A DNA stretch of 55,283 nucleotides, taken from the NCBI GenBank assembly GCA_965662845.1, contig CBFIJD010000019.1, positions 1 to 55,283 on the forward strand, in the 5' to 3' direction. Source of the DNA: an uncultured bacterium. Lineage in GTDB: Bacteria > SAR324 > NAC60-12. Position numbers and translations under genes: made by a program. The notes under the pieces are model-generated. The model was not told the origin of the DNA, searched no databases, and worked only from the letters and a program-made list of their open reading frames with translations. This document shows, in pieces, positions 46,628-55,283 of the stretch (positions are counted from its first letter, which is position 1; the number at the start of each line of letters is the position of its first letter).

Positions 46628-48115
46628 ATGTCGGTCATCATGTCGCTCGATCAGGGCACCACGAGCTCGCGCACCCTGCTCGTTCATCAGTCTGGCGAAG
46701 TCCTCGCGCAAGCCGGCGCCCCATTGCGATGCTATCACCCGCAGTCCGGCTGGGTCGAGCAAGACGCCGAGGAAATTTGGGTCAGTCAACGGCGAACCAT
46801 CGAAGGCGCGCTGGAGGCTGGACGCGTCAACAGCCAAGACATCCGTGGTGTGGGCATCACGAACCAACGCGAGACGACCGTCGCTTGGGAGCGCGCAACA
46901 GGGAAACCGCTCGCTCCGGCGATTGTCTGGCAATGTCGCCGATCTGCGGAAATTTGTGACCGACTGCGTCACGCCGGGCACGCCGAGATCCTCCGACAAA
47001 AGACGGGGCTTGTGCTCGATCCGTATTTCTCCGCGACGAAAATGCGCTGGATGCTGGAAAATGTCGCTGGGTTAGAAGGACGCATGCGCGAGGGAGACGT
47101 TTGTTTTGGGACGGTGGATTCGTGGTTGATCTGGAAGCTCACCAACGGCGCTCTCCACGTCACCGACCTAAGCAACGCCTCCCGCACCATGCTCTGCAAC
47201 TTAGACACCGGTGACTGGGACGACGAGCTTCTTGCACTGTTTGGGATCTCCAAAGACGCTCTGCCGCGCATTGTTGGCTCTAGCGAGGTGATTGGGGAGA
47301 CCCGCTGCGATGTGCTGCCGCGCGCGCTGCCCATCGCTGGCATCGCTGGCGATCAACAGGCCGCGCTGTTTGGGCAAAACTGTTTTGACGCCGGACAAGC
47401 CAAGAACACCTATGGCACCGGCTGTTTTCTGATGCTCAACACAGGGACGCAGCGTGTGAACTCGGAGCATCAACTGCTCACGACCGTCGCTTGGAGAGTC
47501 AACGACCAGATCACGTATGCCCTAGAAGGCGCCGTCTTTGTCGCTGGGTCGCTCCTGCAGTGGATGCGCGACAAGATGCAGTTTTTTGCCGAGGTCAGCG
47601 AGACCGAGACGCTGGCTCTCAGCGTCGACAACACCGACGGTGTTTATTTGGTCCCAGCGTTTGTGGGGCTCGGCGCTCCGCACTGGGACGCCTATGCGCG
47701 CGGGTTGATGATCGGCCTCACGCGCAACACGAGCAAAGCGCACCTTGTACGCGCTGGGCTAGAAGCCATTGCCTACCAGTCTGCAGAGGTCTTGCAGTGT
47801 ATGGAAGCCGACTGGGGGCATCCATTGCAGGAGCTGCGCATTGACGGAGGCGCCTCTGCCAATCAATTCCTCGCACAATTTCAGGCAGACATTGTGGGTC
47901 TCACTGTGCGACGCCCCCAAAATCGCGAGAGCACCGCGATGGGCGCGGCCTTCTTGGCTGGGCTGGCCACCCAAGTCTGGGGCTCTCAAGAAGAGCTGCG
48001 CCAAGCTTGGCGAGAAGAGCGCAGCTTTGCCCCGTCTTTCTCTGCGGCTGAACGCCAACAACGCATGGAGGGTTGGCTGCGCGCCGAAGAACGCTCCAAA
48101 CAGTGGGAGAGCTAA
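46628..48115 (+). CDS. glpK: Glycerol kinase
   Basis: 'DQGTTSSR', 'TNQRETT', 'GDQQAALFGQ', 'KNTYGTGCF', 'DGGAS'. Confidence 0.98.
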   Translation: MSVIMSLDQGTTSSRTLLVHQSGEVLAQAGAPLRCYHPQSGWVEQDAEEIWVSQRRTIEGALEAGRVNSQDIRGVGITNQRETTVAWERATGKPLAPAIVWQCRRSAEICDRLRHAGHAEILRQKTGLVLDPYFSATKMRWMLENVAGLEGRMREGDVCFGTVDSWLIWKLTNGALHVTDLSNASRTMLCNLDTGDWDDELLALFGISKDALPRIVGSSEVIGETRCDVLPRALPIAGIAGDQQAALFGQNCFDAGQAKNTYGTGCFLMLNTGTQRVNSEHQLLTTVAWRVNDQITYALEGAVFVAGSLLQWMRDKMQFFAEVSETETLALSVDNTDGVYLVPAFVGLGAPHWDAYARGLMIGLTRNTSKAHLVRAGLEAIAYQSAEVLQCMEADWGHPLQELRIDGGASANQFLAQFQADIVGLTVRRPQNRESTAMGAAFLAGLATQVWGSQEELRQAWREERSFAPSFSAAERQQRMEGWLRAEERSKQWES

Positions 48116-48184
48116 CCCCCACAACACGTCCTCACGCGCAACACCCCACGCACCTCACCTTTTTCCTCACATCTGAGAACGCAC

Positions 48185-49720
48185 ATGAGTGTCAAGCAAC
48201 AACTGATTTATGGTGGGCTGGCGGCAGCGACGCTCTTCATCGTCAATATGGTCTTCATCGAACTCGACTTCGCGCATCTGCTCAACGGTTTTGAACGCAT
48301 CACCACAGACGCAAATGCCGCAGAAGAAAACGCAACGCGCGGAGAAGAAGCCGCCAACAAAGCCGATACGCACGTCACCAAACTCAACGAAGCCCTGCGC
48401 CGCACCGTCCAATTGATGGAAGAGACCAACGCGGCCACTTTGCGAGCCACCGAACAACTGCGCACACAGAATTTACCTTCGGATGGATTGGATCAGATCG
48501 CGGAGAACTCCCAACAGGTCACCCTTCAACTGGAAGACGAAATTCGAGAGATGGAGCAGCTGACCGAAGAAATTCATCTGGTGCGTGAGCTGAGCGTGGA
48601 GACGCATCAATACACCCGCAAGATCCAAGCAGATGCTGAAGAGTTCCGCTTAGAGATCATCGGCGACCGCAACCATCTGCGCTTGGTGTCCGCCATCTTG
48701 CTAGTAGGGCTGGCCGCTGGTCTGTTCTGGCTGCTCAAAAATTTGCTCTCCAAAATGCGCGTCGTGCTCGACACACTGACGCAGGTCGCCCGACAAACGC
48801 GGGATTCTGCGCACAACGTACAAGCCACCAGCGGGTCTGTCGCGACCGCTTCTGCCCAGCAGGCTTCCAGCTTAGAAGAGGCCTCAGCCGCTGTGGAAGA
48901 GGTGGAAGGCCAATCTTTCGCCAATCTTAGCAAAGCCGAAAGCATCCGCGAGCGGGCCCGCGAGATTGTGACCTTGGCGCGTCAAAACGCGAGCCAAGCC
49001 AAAGACACGACAAAGCTCTCTGACGAAGCCAGCAACTCGGTGAAGCTCGGCTCCCGCGAGATGCGCGGCGTCGCAGACTCAATGAGCGATTTGACCAAGT
49101 CGAGCCAAGGGATTGTGGAGCGTTTGGAGACGATTCATGACATCGCGCATCAAACCAAAATGCTCGCCACCAACGCGTCGATTGAAGCGGCCCACGCTGG
49201 AGAGCAAGGCAAAGGCTTTGCCGTCGTCGCCGAAGAGGTGTCGAAACTCGCAGAGAGCGCCCGCGAGACCGCAGAGGCCATCACCAAACTGATTGGCAAG
49301 AGTGAAGCCCAAACCTGGGCCGGACAAAACCTCGCTCAGCAGAGCGAAGCGACCTTGAACACCATCGAACAAAAATTTGAGGAGACCGCTGTGCTGGTGC
49401 GTCAAATTGCCCAAGCCGCCGGCGATCAAGACGGACAAGTCCACGAGGTGCTGCGGCTGCTGGAGTCCATGGTGGAATCCACAAATCAGCAAAATGAAGG
49501 CATGAAGCAAGTCACGATGACCATCACACACATCAACGACGCCACACAAACCAACTCGGCCAGCGCCGAAGAGATGGCGTCTAGCGCCGAAGAGCTGCAA
49601 GCCGGCACCGAAGAATTGCAGCGACAGGTCAGCCTTGTGCGTGAGGTCATCGGGGTGAGCCTATCACCGCCGTCGAAAACTCCCGCTTACCACCCCAACC
49701 GGTTGGAACTTCCCCGCTGA
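48185..49720 (+). CDS. Methyl-accepting chemotaxis protein
   Basis: Two TM segments, helical periplasmic domain, hairpin tip '[23 protein letters not shown]'. Confidence 0.92.
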   Translation: MSVKQQLIYGGLAAATLFIVNMVFIELDFAHLLNGFERITTDANAAEENATRGEEAANKADTHVTKLNEALRRTVQLMEETNAATLRATEQLRTQNLPSDGLDQIAENSQQVTLQLEDEIREMEQLTEEIHLVRELSVETHQYTRKIQADAEEFRLEIIGDRNHLRLVSAILLVGLAAGLFWLLKNLLSKMRVVLDTLTQVARQTRDSAHNVQATSGSVATASAQQASSLEEASAAVEEVEGQSFANLSKAESIRERAREIVTLARQNASQAKDTTKLSDEASNSVKLGSREMRGVADSMSDLTKSSQGIVERLETIHDIAHQTKMLATNASIEAAHAGEQGKGFAVVAEEVSKLAESARETAEAITKLIGKSEAQTWAGQNLAQQSEATLNTIEQKFEETAVLVRQIAQAAGDQDGQVHEVLRLLESMVESTNQQNEGMKQVTMTITHINDATQTNSASAEEMASSAEELQAGTEELQRQVSLVREVIGVSLSPPSKTPAYHPNRLELPR

Positions 49721-49860
49721 CCGTGCTCTCCGTCTGCCGCAGGTTGAAGTTGCCGTCGCCTGCCCAAGTGTGATACCCCATATCTGGTTGATTGTCACAG
49801 TCCGGTAACACTGACGTGGCGTCAACCCGTCTGCCTTCTTCCCTAATTTCCTGAGCCCCT

Positions 49861-51105
49861 ATGCGCACCAGCCTCAACACCGAGCAGCTCGAGACCCTCT
49901 TAGCGCCGCTGTCTCGCTCCAACCAAAAAATCCAAGATCGTCTCTGCTCGTGGAGTTGGGCGCCCCAGCCGCTCCACACTTACTTTTTGAGCGCAGCCGA
50001 CGTCACAGAGGGCGCGCTGGAAGAAGCCCAAAACGCAGCGATTCAGTGCATGCAACAACATGGGGGGGATTACGAGACCTTTGCTCACGCCATTGGTCTG
50101 CCTTTGTCTAAAGAACAAAGCGCCCAGAACTTTGCGCAGCAGATCCATCGTCGTGTCGTGAACAAGTTAGAGACGCAGCCCTTTGAGGATCTGCGCTTTG
50201 ATTTTGCGGCGCTTTACCCGACGCGTTCCGATGCCGAAGAAGACGCTGACGCGCTGCGCATCGCAGAGCTGCTGACGGAGCGAACGGCCGAACAGCCCTG
50301 GCCACCGAAGTTTGGCATTCGGGTCAAGCCGCTGCATGCAGCCAGCGCCGCGCGCTCGTTGCGAACAATCGACCTCTTTCTGACGCATTGTCTGGAGTAT
50401 GCGCAAACGCTCCCCAACAACCTAGTGATCACGCTGGCCCATGTGCAGATCCCTGAACAAGTCCAAGCGTTGAACGCCGCGCTCGCGATGTTTGAAGCCC
50501 AGCATCAGCTCGCCCCCAACTCCATCGCGCTGGAGATTCAGCTTGACAGCGCCGAAGCGCTGGTGGCCTTCGATGGCTCGATCTCCTTGCGCCACCTCTG
50601 GGCCGCTGCCCGACAGCGCTGCAACACGATCCGTCTTGGAGAGATCGCGTTGCCCACAGGGCGCCCTTATCCTGCGCCGGATGACGTTCTGCAATCTTCC
50701 CAAGAGTTCCTGAGGTATTGGGTTCAGCTGGGCCTGCAGGGGACGGGGACCATCCTCGCAGACGCGCCGCTGCCGGCCCCTACCGATCACAACATCGCTG
50801 CTTGGTGGCAAACGCAGGGCACCGCGATTCTCAGTCGCTTGCGGGCCGGCTGGACGCAAGGCACCGACTGGCATCCGTCTCATCTGCCGATCCGATTTGC
50901 CACGAATTTTGTGCACTATTCCTTCGGCTGGCGGGCCGTCGCCACGCAGATGCAGTCGTTGCGCTGTCAACCCCAGCCTTCCGTAGATGCCATCATGGCG
51001 TGTGTTTACTTCTTGCAGCAGGCGTGGCTGTGTGGCGCCGTGCAGAACCAAGAATTCCGCAAACTGGGGCTGACCGAAGCGGAGCTTCCTTTCTTGGCGT
51101 TGTGA
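49861..51105 (+). CDS. Degenerate HpcH/CitE-superfamily (DUF6986-like) TIM-barrel protein
   Basis: 'QPLHT', 'EDLRFDF', 'DAEED', 'GIRVKP', 'RSLRTIDLFL', 'QG.DWHP..LP.RFA'. Confidence 0.7.
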   Translation: MRTSLNTEQLETLLAPLSRSNQKIQDRLCSWSWAPQPLHTYFLSAADVTEGALEEAQNAAIQCMQQHGGDYETFAHAIGLPLSKEQSAQNFAQQIHRRVVNKLETQPFEDLRFDFAALYPTRSDAEEDADALRIAELLTERTAEQPWPPKFGIRVKPLHAASAARSLRTIDLFLTHCLEYAQTLPNNLVITLAHVQIPEQVQALNAALAMFEAQHQLAPNSIALEIQLDSAEALVAFDGSISLRHLWAAARQRCNTIRLGEIALPTGRPYPAPDDVLQSSQEFLRYWVQLGLQGTGTILADAPLPAPTDHNIAAWWQTQGTAILSRLRAGWTQGTDWHPSHLPIRFATNFVHYSFGWRAVATQMQSLRCQPQPSVDAIMACVYFLQQAWLCGAVQNQEFRKLGLTEAELPFLAL

Positions 51106-51225
51106 TTCGATCCCGACTTCTGGCCTCTGCGCAGCTTCTCTACACGCGCTAGCCCTAGATTTTGCAGAACGATCCTTCCTAGCGCGTTAGCGCTGTTTTC
51201 TGCAAAACTCCAACCGCTGTTTCAC

Positions 51226-51708
51226 ATGGAAGATTTCATCCGCGAGTCGTCGCTCTATCGCAAATGGGAGCGCCACAAGACGTCACTTCGTCCTGCTGAA
51301 CCTGCCGAGCTTAACCAACCCGACGCCACCTATCGGTTCATCGCGTACAATCGCGCCAACGGGGACGAAATCATCGCTCTCCCAGCGAGTGTGACGTGGG
51401 AGAACAAAGCCGGGAATCTCTGCTTTTTGGGCACAAATTTAGACGGGAACTATCTGCACGAGATCCCTTCACAACATTGCTACGCGACAAGCTCGCATTG
51501 GGTTGTGTTTGATCCTGACCGAGGGTGGGACTGGACGATTGATCAGCTGGATGACGACCACGGATTTTTGGAATTGCACGAAGTTCAAGAGTTTCGGGCG
51601 GAGCATCGCTGGTGGAAATATGTGCGCAGTGAGGTCAAAAAGGCTCGGTGGATGGTTCCTGAAATCCCCGGAATGCTTGGAAAAATCGGACATCGTTTAG
51701 GGGTGTGA
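51226..51708 (+). CDS. Hypothetical protein (160 aa)
   Basis: Clean ORF filling the gap and co-oriented with neighbours. No recognised motif. Confidence 0.65.
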   Translation: MEDFIRESSLYRKWERHKTSLRPAEPAELNQPDATYRFIAYNRANGDEIIALPASVTWENKAGNLCFLGTNLDGNYLHEIPSQHCYATSSHWVVFDPDRGWDWTIDQLDDDHGFLELHEVQEFRAEHRWWKYVRSEVKKARWMVPEIPGMLGKIGHRLGV

Positions 51709-51833
51709 ACAAAAAAAGTCTTTCCATATTCGTTTCGTCCGTTACCATCCGCCCCTCTCGCGCCAAGGCGCCCTCTGCGTACTCTCGATTCGGTTGACAG
51801 TTCGCGCCTCCTCAACGCAAAACGGATGTCCGG

Positions 51834-52844
51834 ATGCTCCTACGAAGTTTCTTTCTCTCTCTCGCCTTCCTCACTACGGCGCTGCTAGGAACGACCTCTG
51901 CCCAGACGAGATGCAGCACACAAGAGACCCTCACCATCGCCGAGCTGGGCTGGTTGTCCGCTGCAATGGAAGCCCGCGTGCTCCAGCGCATTTTAGAAGA
52001 CGGCTACGGCTGCAACACTGGCTTGATGCCTGCCGAGATGATCCCCACCGCGACCTCAATGCTGACCAAGAATCAGCCGACCATCGCGCCTGAGTTCTGG
52101 GTGAGCACCGCCGCCTCCGTCTGGGAGAAGCTGATGGAGAAGGGCAACGTCTATCTGGCCAGCAACACCTACGTCAACGGCGGTCGCGAAGGCTGGTGGG
52201 TTCCGGACTACGTACTGGAAGCCAACCCTGGGCTGAGGTCTGTCGAAGATTTGAAGAGCTATCCTGAGCTGTTTCAGGAGATCACGAGCGACGGCAAAGG
52301 GCGGGTCTATGGCTGCCCTCCCGGCGCCTTCTGCGAGATCATCAGCAACAACCTGTTCAAAGCGCTGGAGTTGGACAAGCACGGCTTTGAAGAGGCGCCG
52401 TTTCAGCCCGGTTCGTGGGCCAACATCAAGGTCGCGATTGCGCGCAAAGCCGCTCGCAAGCAAGCCTACGTCGGCTACTACTGGGGCCCCACCGCCGTCG
52501 TCGGCAAATATAACCTCAAGCTGCTGGAGATGCCGCCATATCAAGCAGAAGAGTTCGCCTGCCTGGCGAGCGCTGAGTGTGAGAACCCACCTGTGACCGG
52601 CTGGGCGAAGGGGACCGTCGGTGTCGTCGCCGTGACAACGCTCAAGACCCAAGCGCCAGAAGTCGCAGAGATGATCGGCAAGATGAGCTACCCCAACGAG
52701 GTCGTGAACCGCGTGCTCGCGTGGGCCGACGACAACTCCGCCGACAGTGACGAGGTCGTCGAATACTTCCTCAAAAATCACGAGGAGGTCTGGACCCCGT
52801 GGGTGCCTGCCGATGTCGCTGCTCGCGTCAAAGCGACCCTCTAA
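51834..52844 (+). CDS. proX: Glycine betaine/proline ABC transporter substrate-binding protein
   Basis: Signal peptide, 'TIAELGW.SA', 'GYGC', 'PEFW', 'EGWWVP', 'GYYWGP'. Adjacent to proW/proV. Confidence 0.88.
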   Translation: MLLRSFFLSLAFLTTALLGTTSAQTRCSTQETLTIAELGWLSAAMEARVLQRILEDGYGCNTGLMPAEMIPTATSMLTKNQPTIAPEFWVSTAASVWEKLMEKGNVYLASNTYVNGGREGWWVPDYVLEANPGLRSVEDLKSYPELFQEITSDGKGRVYGCPPGAFCEIISNNLFKALELDKHGFEEAPFQPGSWANIKVAIARKAARKQAYVGYYWGPTAVVGKYNLKLLEMPPYQAEEFACLASAECENPPVTGWAKGTVGVVAVTTLKTQAPEVAEMIGKMSYPNEVVNRVLAWADDNSADSDEVVEYFLKNHEEVWTPWVPADVAARVKATL

Positions 52845-52855
52845 ACCTCCCCAAC

Positions 52856-52882
52856 GTTGGAGGCTCTGCCGGAGTCTCCAAC
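52856..52882. other. Intercistronic hairpin after the SBP gene (mRNA stabiliser or attenuator)
   Basis: GTTGGAGGCTC-TGCCG-GAGTCTCCAAC. Confidence 0.5.
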
Positions 52883-52909
52883 CTCACCTGCTGCCCCCAG
52901 CCAGATCCC

Positions 52910-53782
52910 ATGTCTGCCAACTTCCCTGAATTGCTCGACGTCCGCGCGATCCGCGTGGCGATTGACTCGGCGTTCACCCAGTTTGTGATCGACTGGGGTG
53001 AGTCGCTAGAGCTGTTTTTTCTACCAGTCTTCCAGCTGCTGATGGCGATTGAGGACTTCTTGCTCTGGCTGCCGTGGTACGTCGTCCTCGGCGCGATCAT
53101 CGCCGCCGCCTACTTCTCGACCCGACGCGTGGTCATCGCTCTCAGCGTGGGCGGGATGCTCTTTGTGACGGGGGCGTTTGACTTGTGGGAAGCCGCGATG
53201 AAGACGCTAGCGCTGATGCTCACCGCGACGCTGGTCACCGTGGCGCTGGGGATCCCGCTCGGCATTCTGATGGCGCGCTCCAAACGCTTTCAGTCCGCGA
53301 TGTTGCCTGTGCTCGACATCATGCAAACGCTGCCGATCTTCGTGTACTTGATCCCGTTTGTGATGCTCTTTGGTCCGGGTAAGATCCCCGCGCTGTTGGC
53401 GACGATTGTCTTCGCGCTGCCGCCGGTGATTCGCTTAACTGACCTTGGGATCCGGCAGGTTGACCCTGAAGTGGTGGAGGCCTATCGCGCCTTCGGAGCC
53501 ACGCAGCGACAACTGCTGACCGAAGTGCAGATCCCGCTGGCGCTGCCGACCATCCTCGCCGGCATCAACCAGACCACCATGATGGCGCTCTCGATGGTCG
53601 TGATCGCTTCCATGATCGGCGCGGACGGTCTTGGCTATCAGGTGCTGCAGGGAATCCAGCGCCTAGAAGTCAGCCGAGGCTTGCTCGCAGGGCTGAGCAT
53701 CGTGTTTGTCGCGGTGATGTTTGATCGCATTGTGCAAGCCTATGGGCGGCGGATTCAGCAACATCTTCACATCAAATCTTGA
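52910..53782 (+). CDS. proW: Glycine betaine/proline ABC transporter permease
   Basis: 'LDIMQTLPIFVYLIP', 'RLTDLGIRQV..EVVEA..AFG', 'GINQTTMMALSMVVIASMIG'. Confidence 0.95.
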   Translation: MSANFPELLDVRAIRVAIDSAFTQFVIDWGESLELFFLPVFQLLMAIEDFLLWLPWYVVLGAIIAAAYFSTRRVVIALSVGGMLFVTGAFDLWEAAMKTLALMLTATLVTVALGIPLGILMARSKRFQSAMLPVLDIMQTLPIFVYLIPFVMLFGPGKIPALLATIVFALPPVIRLTDLGIRQVDPEVVEAYRAFGATQRQLLTEVQIPLALPTILAGINQTTMMALSMVVIASMIGADGLGYQVLQGIQRLEVSRGLLAGLSIVFVAVMFDRIVQAYGRRIQQHLHIKS

Positions 53783-53795
53783 GCGAGACGCCTGC

Positions 53796-54974
53796 ATGTC
53801 CCACCTCGTGTTGGAGCACGTCACCAAAATTTTCGGGGAACGTCCCCACGCCGTGCTGCCGCAAGTGCGCGACGGCATTGCCAAAGAGCGCCTCTTGGAG
53901 CAGAGCGGCCACGTCATCGGTGTGCGCGATGTGAGTTTAGAGATTCAGGCCGGCGAGACCTTTGTCGTGATGGGCTTGTCTGGCTCTGGCAAATCGACGC
54001 TGATTCGGCACCTGAACCGCCTGATCGAGCCCACCGACGGGCGCATCTTGCTCGACGGTGACGACATCTTGCGGCTGAACGCTGCGGGGTTGCGGAACTT
54101 GCGACGCAGGCGCATGAGCATGGTCTTTCAGCGCTTCGGGCTGCTGCCGCACAAGACCGTGCGCGACAACGTGGCGAGTGGACTGCGCATCAGCGGAACC
54201 AGCAAACAAGCCGCCCTGGCGCAAGCAGAGGAGCAGATTGAAGCGGTCGGGTTGGCCGGCTTTGAAGATCGTTACCCCAGCGAACTCTCCGGGGGGATGC
54301 AGCAGCGTGTGGGGCTCGCCCGCGCCCTCGCGACCGAAGCAGACATCTTGCTGATGGATGAAGCCTTCAGCGCGCTTGACCCCCTGATTCGCAGCGATAT
54401 GCAGCAGCAGCTGATGGAACTGCAGCAGCGCTATCACAAGACGATTGTGTTCATCACGCATGACTTAGACGAAGCGCTACGCCTCGGAGACCACGTCGCA
54501 ATTCTCAAGGACGGCGAGCTGCGCCAAGTGGGCACCAGCGAAGACATCCTGTTGCGCCCTGCCGACGACTACGTCCGGCGCTTCGTGATGGACGTGAACC
54601 GCAGCCGCGTGGTCACCATGCGATCCGTCATGGAACCCGCGAAGGTCTTGCGGCAGACCGAGCTTACGCCCGCCGCGTGCGCGGAGCTGCTCGGGGACAG
54701 CGCTCACGCTCACGTCGTGGTGGTCGATGCCGAGCGACGTCCCGTGGGTCTCCTCTCCGCGGAAGCGACGTCTTGTGCCACGAGCGACCTCGCCGCCCAG
54801 CTGCGTGTCCCCACCTGCCTCGACGAGCACAGCACGATTGATGACGCGGTCCCGCACGCGCTGCAGTCGTCCTATCCGCTCTGCGTCACGAACGCTCAGG
54901 GGCAACTTGTCGGAATGGTCTCTCCGCGTCACCTGTTGCGCGGCATTGTTGGCGCCTCGGGGAGACCGAATTAG
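53796..54974 (+). CDS. proV: Glycine betaine/proline ABC transporter ATPase with CBS domains
   Basis: 'GLSGSGKS', '[14 protein letters not shown]', '[13 protein letters not shown]', 'ITHDLDEA'. CBS-like C-terminus. Confidence 0.96.
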   Translation: MSHLVLEHVTKIFGERPHAVLPQVRDGIAKERLLEQSGHVIGVRDVSLEIQAGETFVVMGLSGSGKSTLIRHLNRLIEPTDGRILLDGDDILRLNAAGLRNLRRRRMSMVFQRFGLLPHKTVRDNVASGLRISGTSKQAALAQAEEQIEAVGLAGFEDRYPSELSGGMQQRVGLARALATEADILLMDEAFSALDPLIRSDMQQQLMELQQRYHKTIVFITHDLDEALRLGDHVAILKDGELRQVGTSEDILLRPADDYVRRFVMDVNRSRVVTMRSVMEPAKVLRQTELTPAACAELLGDSAHAHVVVVDAERRPVGLLSAEATSCATSDLAAQLRVPTCLDEHSTIDDAVPHALQSSYPLCVTNAQGQLVGMVSPRHLLRGIVGASGRPN

Positions 54975-55200
54975 GTAGGGGCGCCCCCACAAACACAAAC
55001 CGTAAGGGCGCACGACGACAAAACAACAACAAAAACCGTAAGGGCGCACCGCCGTGCGCCCCAACAAATGCACGGCAACAAAAACAAACACCGTAAGGGC
55101 GCACCGCCGTGCGCCCCAACAAATGCACGGCAACAAAAACGGACGACCGTGCGCCCCCACAAACGCACAACGAACCGACCATACAAACGTACGGGCGTGT
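54975..55200. repeat. Cluster of GTAG-family REP palindromes (REPIN/BIME-like)
   Basis: GTA(G/A)GGGCGCAC-CGCC-GTGCGCCCC(A/C)AC units. Identical 51-bp copies at 55035-55085 and 55090-55140. Partial copies at 54975, about 55002 and about 55147. Confidence 0.85.
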
Positions 55201-55283
55201 CAACGTTTCTTGGCCTCCCAGCTCCGAGCCGTTGCACAACAAGACCGCCTCGTGACCGTCCTAGTTAGGGCTCACAATTGGTC

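Noticed and set aside
54975..55200. CRISPR array
   Set aside because: The sequences between palindromes are identical or low-complexity rather than unique spacers, the units are irregular, and no cas genes are present. It fits REP elements.

Overview
A gene-dense, GC-rich (roughly high-50s %, estimated by eye) bacterial chromosomal segment. The housekeeping content and protein styles suggest a deltaproteobacteria-like lineage such as SAR324, but this is inference only. Core genes: scpB, lon, xseA, prfA-rpmE-rho, folD, ygfZ, queA/queE/queC, coaX, birA, proA, adk, sucA/sucB, rimI, glpK and a proXWV-type osmolyte ABC transporter. Signalling genes: a CheB-CheR-PAS fusion, CheB, an MCP, a class III adenylate cyclase and a divergent class I adenylate cyclase-like protein. 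No rRNA, tRNA, CRISPR array, integrase or transposase was recognised. The most notable observations are: (1) an ATGA-coupled run behind lon: xseA, a catalytically dead MetA homologue, a stand-alone NAD+-ligase subdomain-Ia protein and a membrane J-protein; (2) several other apparent pseudoenzymes or pseudo-receivers; (3) a TsoY-like membrane protein with a SqrR/BigR-like operator; (4) an antitoxin whose doc toxin is truncated at what looks like a deletion junction; (5) an SH3x3/PBP-A-like fusion; (6) an unannotated 42-aa membrane protein; (7) a GTAG-family REP cluster at the right end. All family assignments come from motif recognition by eye, with no database searches.
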